A DNA stretch of 64,000 nucleotides from a virus. The position numbers and the translations under genes are program-made. Position 1 is the first letter of the stretch. Every line of letters begins with the position of its first letter. The notes under the pieces are model-generated. The model was not told the DNA's origin. It did no database searches and saw only the letters and a program-made list of their open reading frames with translations. Shown here piece after piece: positions 63,932-64,000 of this stretch. The stretch is taken from the IMG/VR virus record IMGVR_UViG_3300042991_000236, positions 2,882 through 66,881 of that record; one strand, 5' to 3'.

Positions 63932-64000
63932 ATGATGAGAGCAAAGATGAAAGTGACTTCAGTAAATAAGTTTTCTGACACATGCCTACAGCTTGAGATG
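63932..64000 (+). CDS. Hypothetical protein, truncated by window end
   Basis: AAGGAG RBS; MMRAKMKVTSV. Confidence 0.5.
   Translation, partial: MMRAKMKVTSVNKFSDTCLQLEM

Noticed and set aside
1-64000. Prophage or alternative genetic code
   Set aside because: No integrase, att site or host genes; long genes read through in the standard code, and the observed splits have defined causes

Overview
This window covers most of an N4-like (Schitoviridae-type) lytic phage genome; the host cannot be identified from the sequence. Bases 1-25.1 kb (+) hold late/virion genes: gp55/54/53/52/51-like proteins, a giant virion RNA polymerase, a lysis cassette and a tail fibre. Bases 25.2-61.3 kb (-) hold early and middle genes: the two-subunit RNAP II, MoxR AAA plus vWA, helicase, family A DNA polymerase, exonuclease, primase, Sak4-like ATPase, SSB, ThyX, a WGR-ligase and a radical SAM protein. 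From 61.4 kb (+) a divergent small-gene region includes Tad2-like and Acb2-like anti-defence genes. Major capsid, portal and terminase are not in the window. The main observations are: (1) the virion RNAP appears split into 1296-aa and 2577-aa genes with the lysis cassette between them; (2) its motif B has a natural Tyr->Phe change; (3) promoter layout looks swapped relative to N4, with a linear 22-bp consensus in the earliest region and C-GGA-G triloop hairpins in the middle region; (4) a DNA polymerase intein carries its HNH endonuclease in another reading frame with its own RBS; (5) a group I intron interrupts the AAA gene; (6) several long, highly structured intergenic RNA candidates are present. 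All family assignments come from motif recognition and synteny, not database searches.
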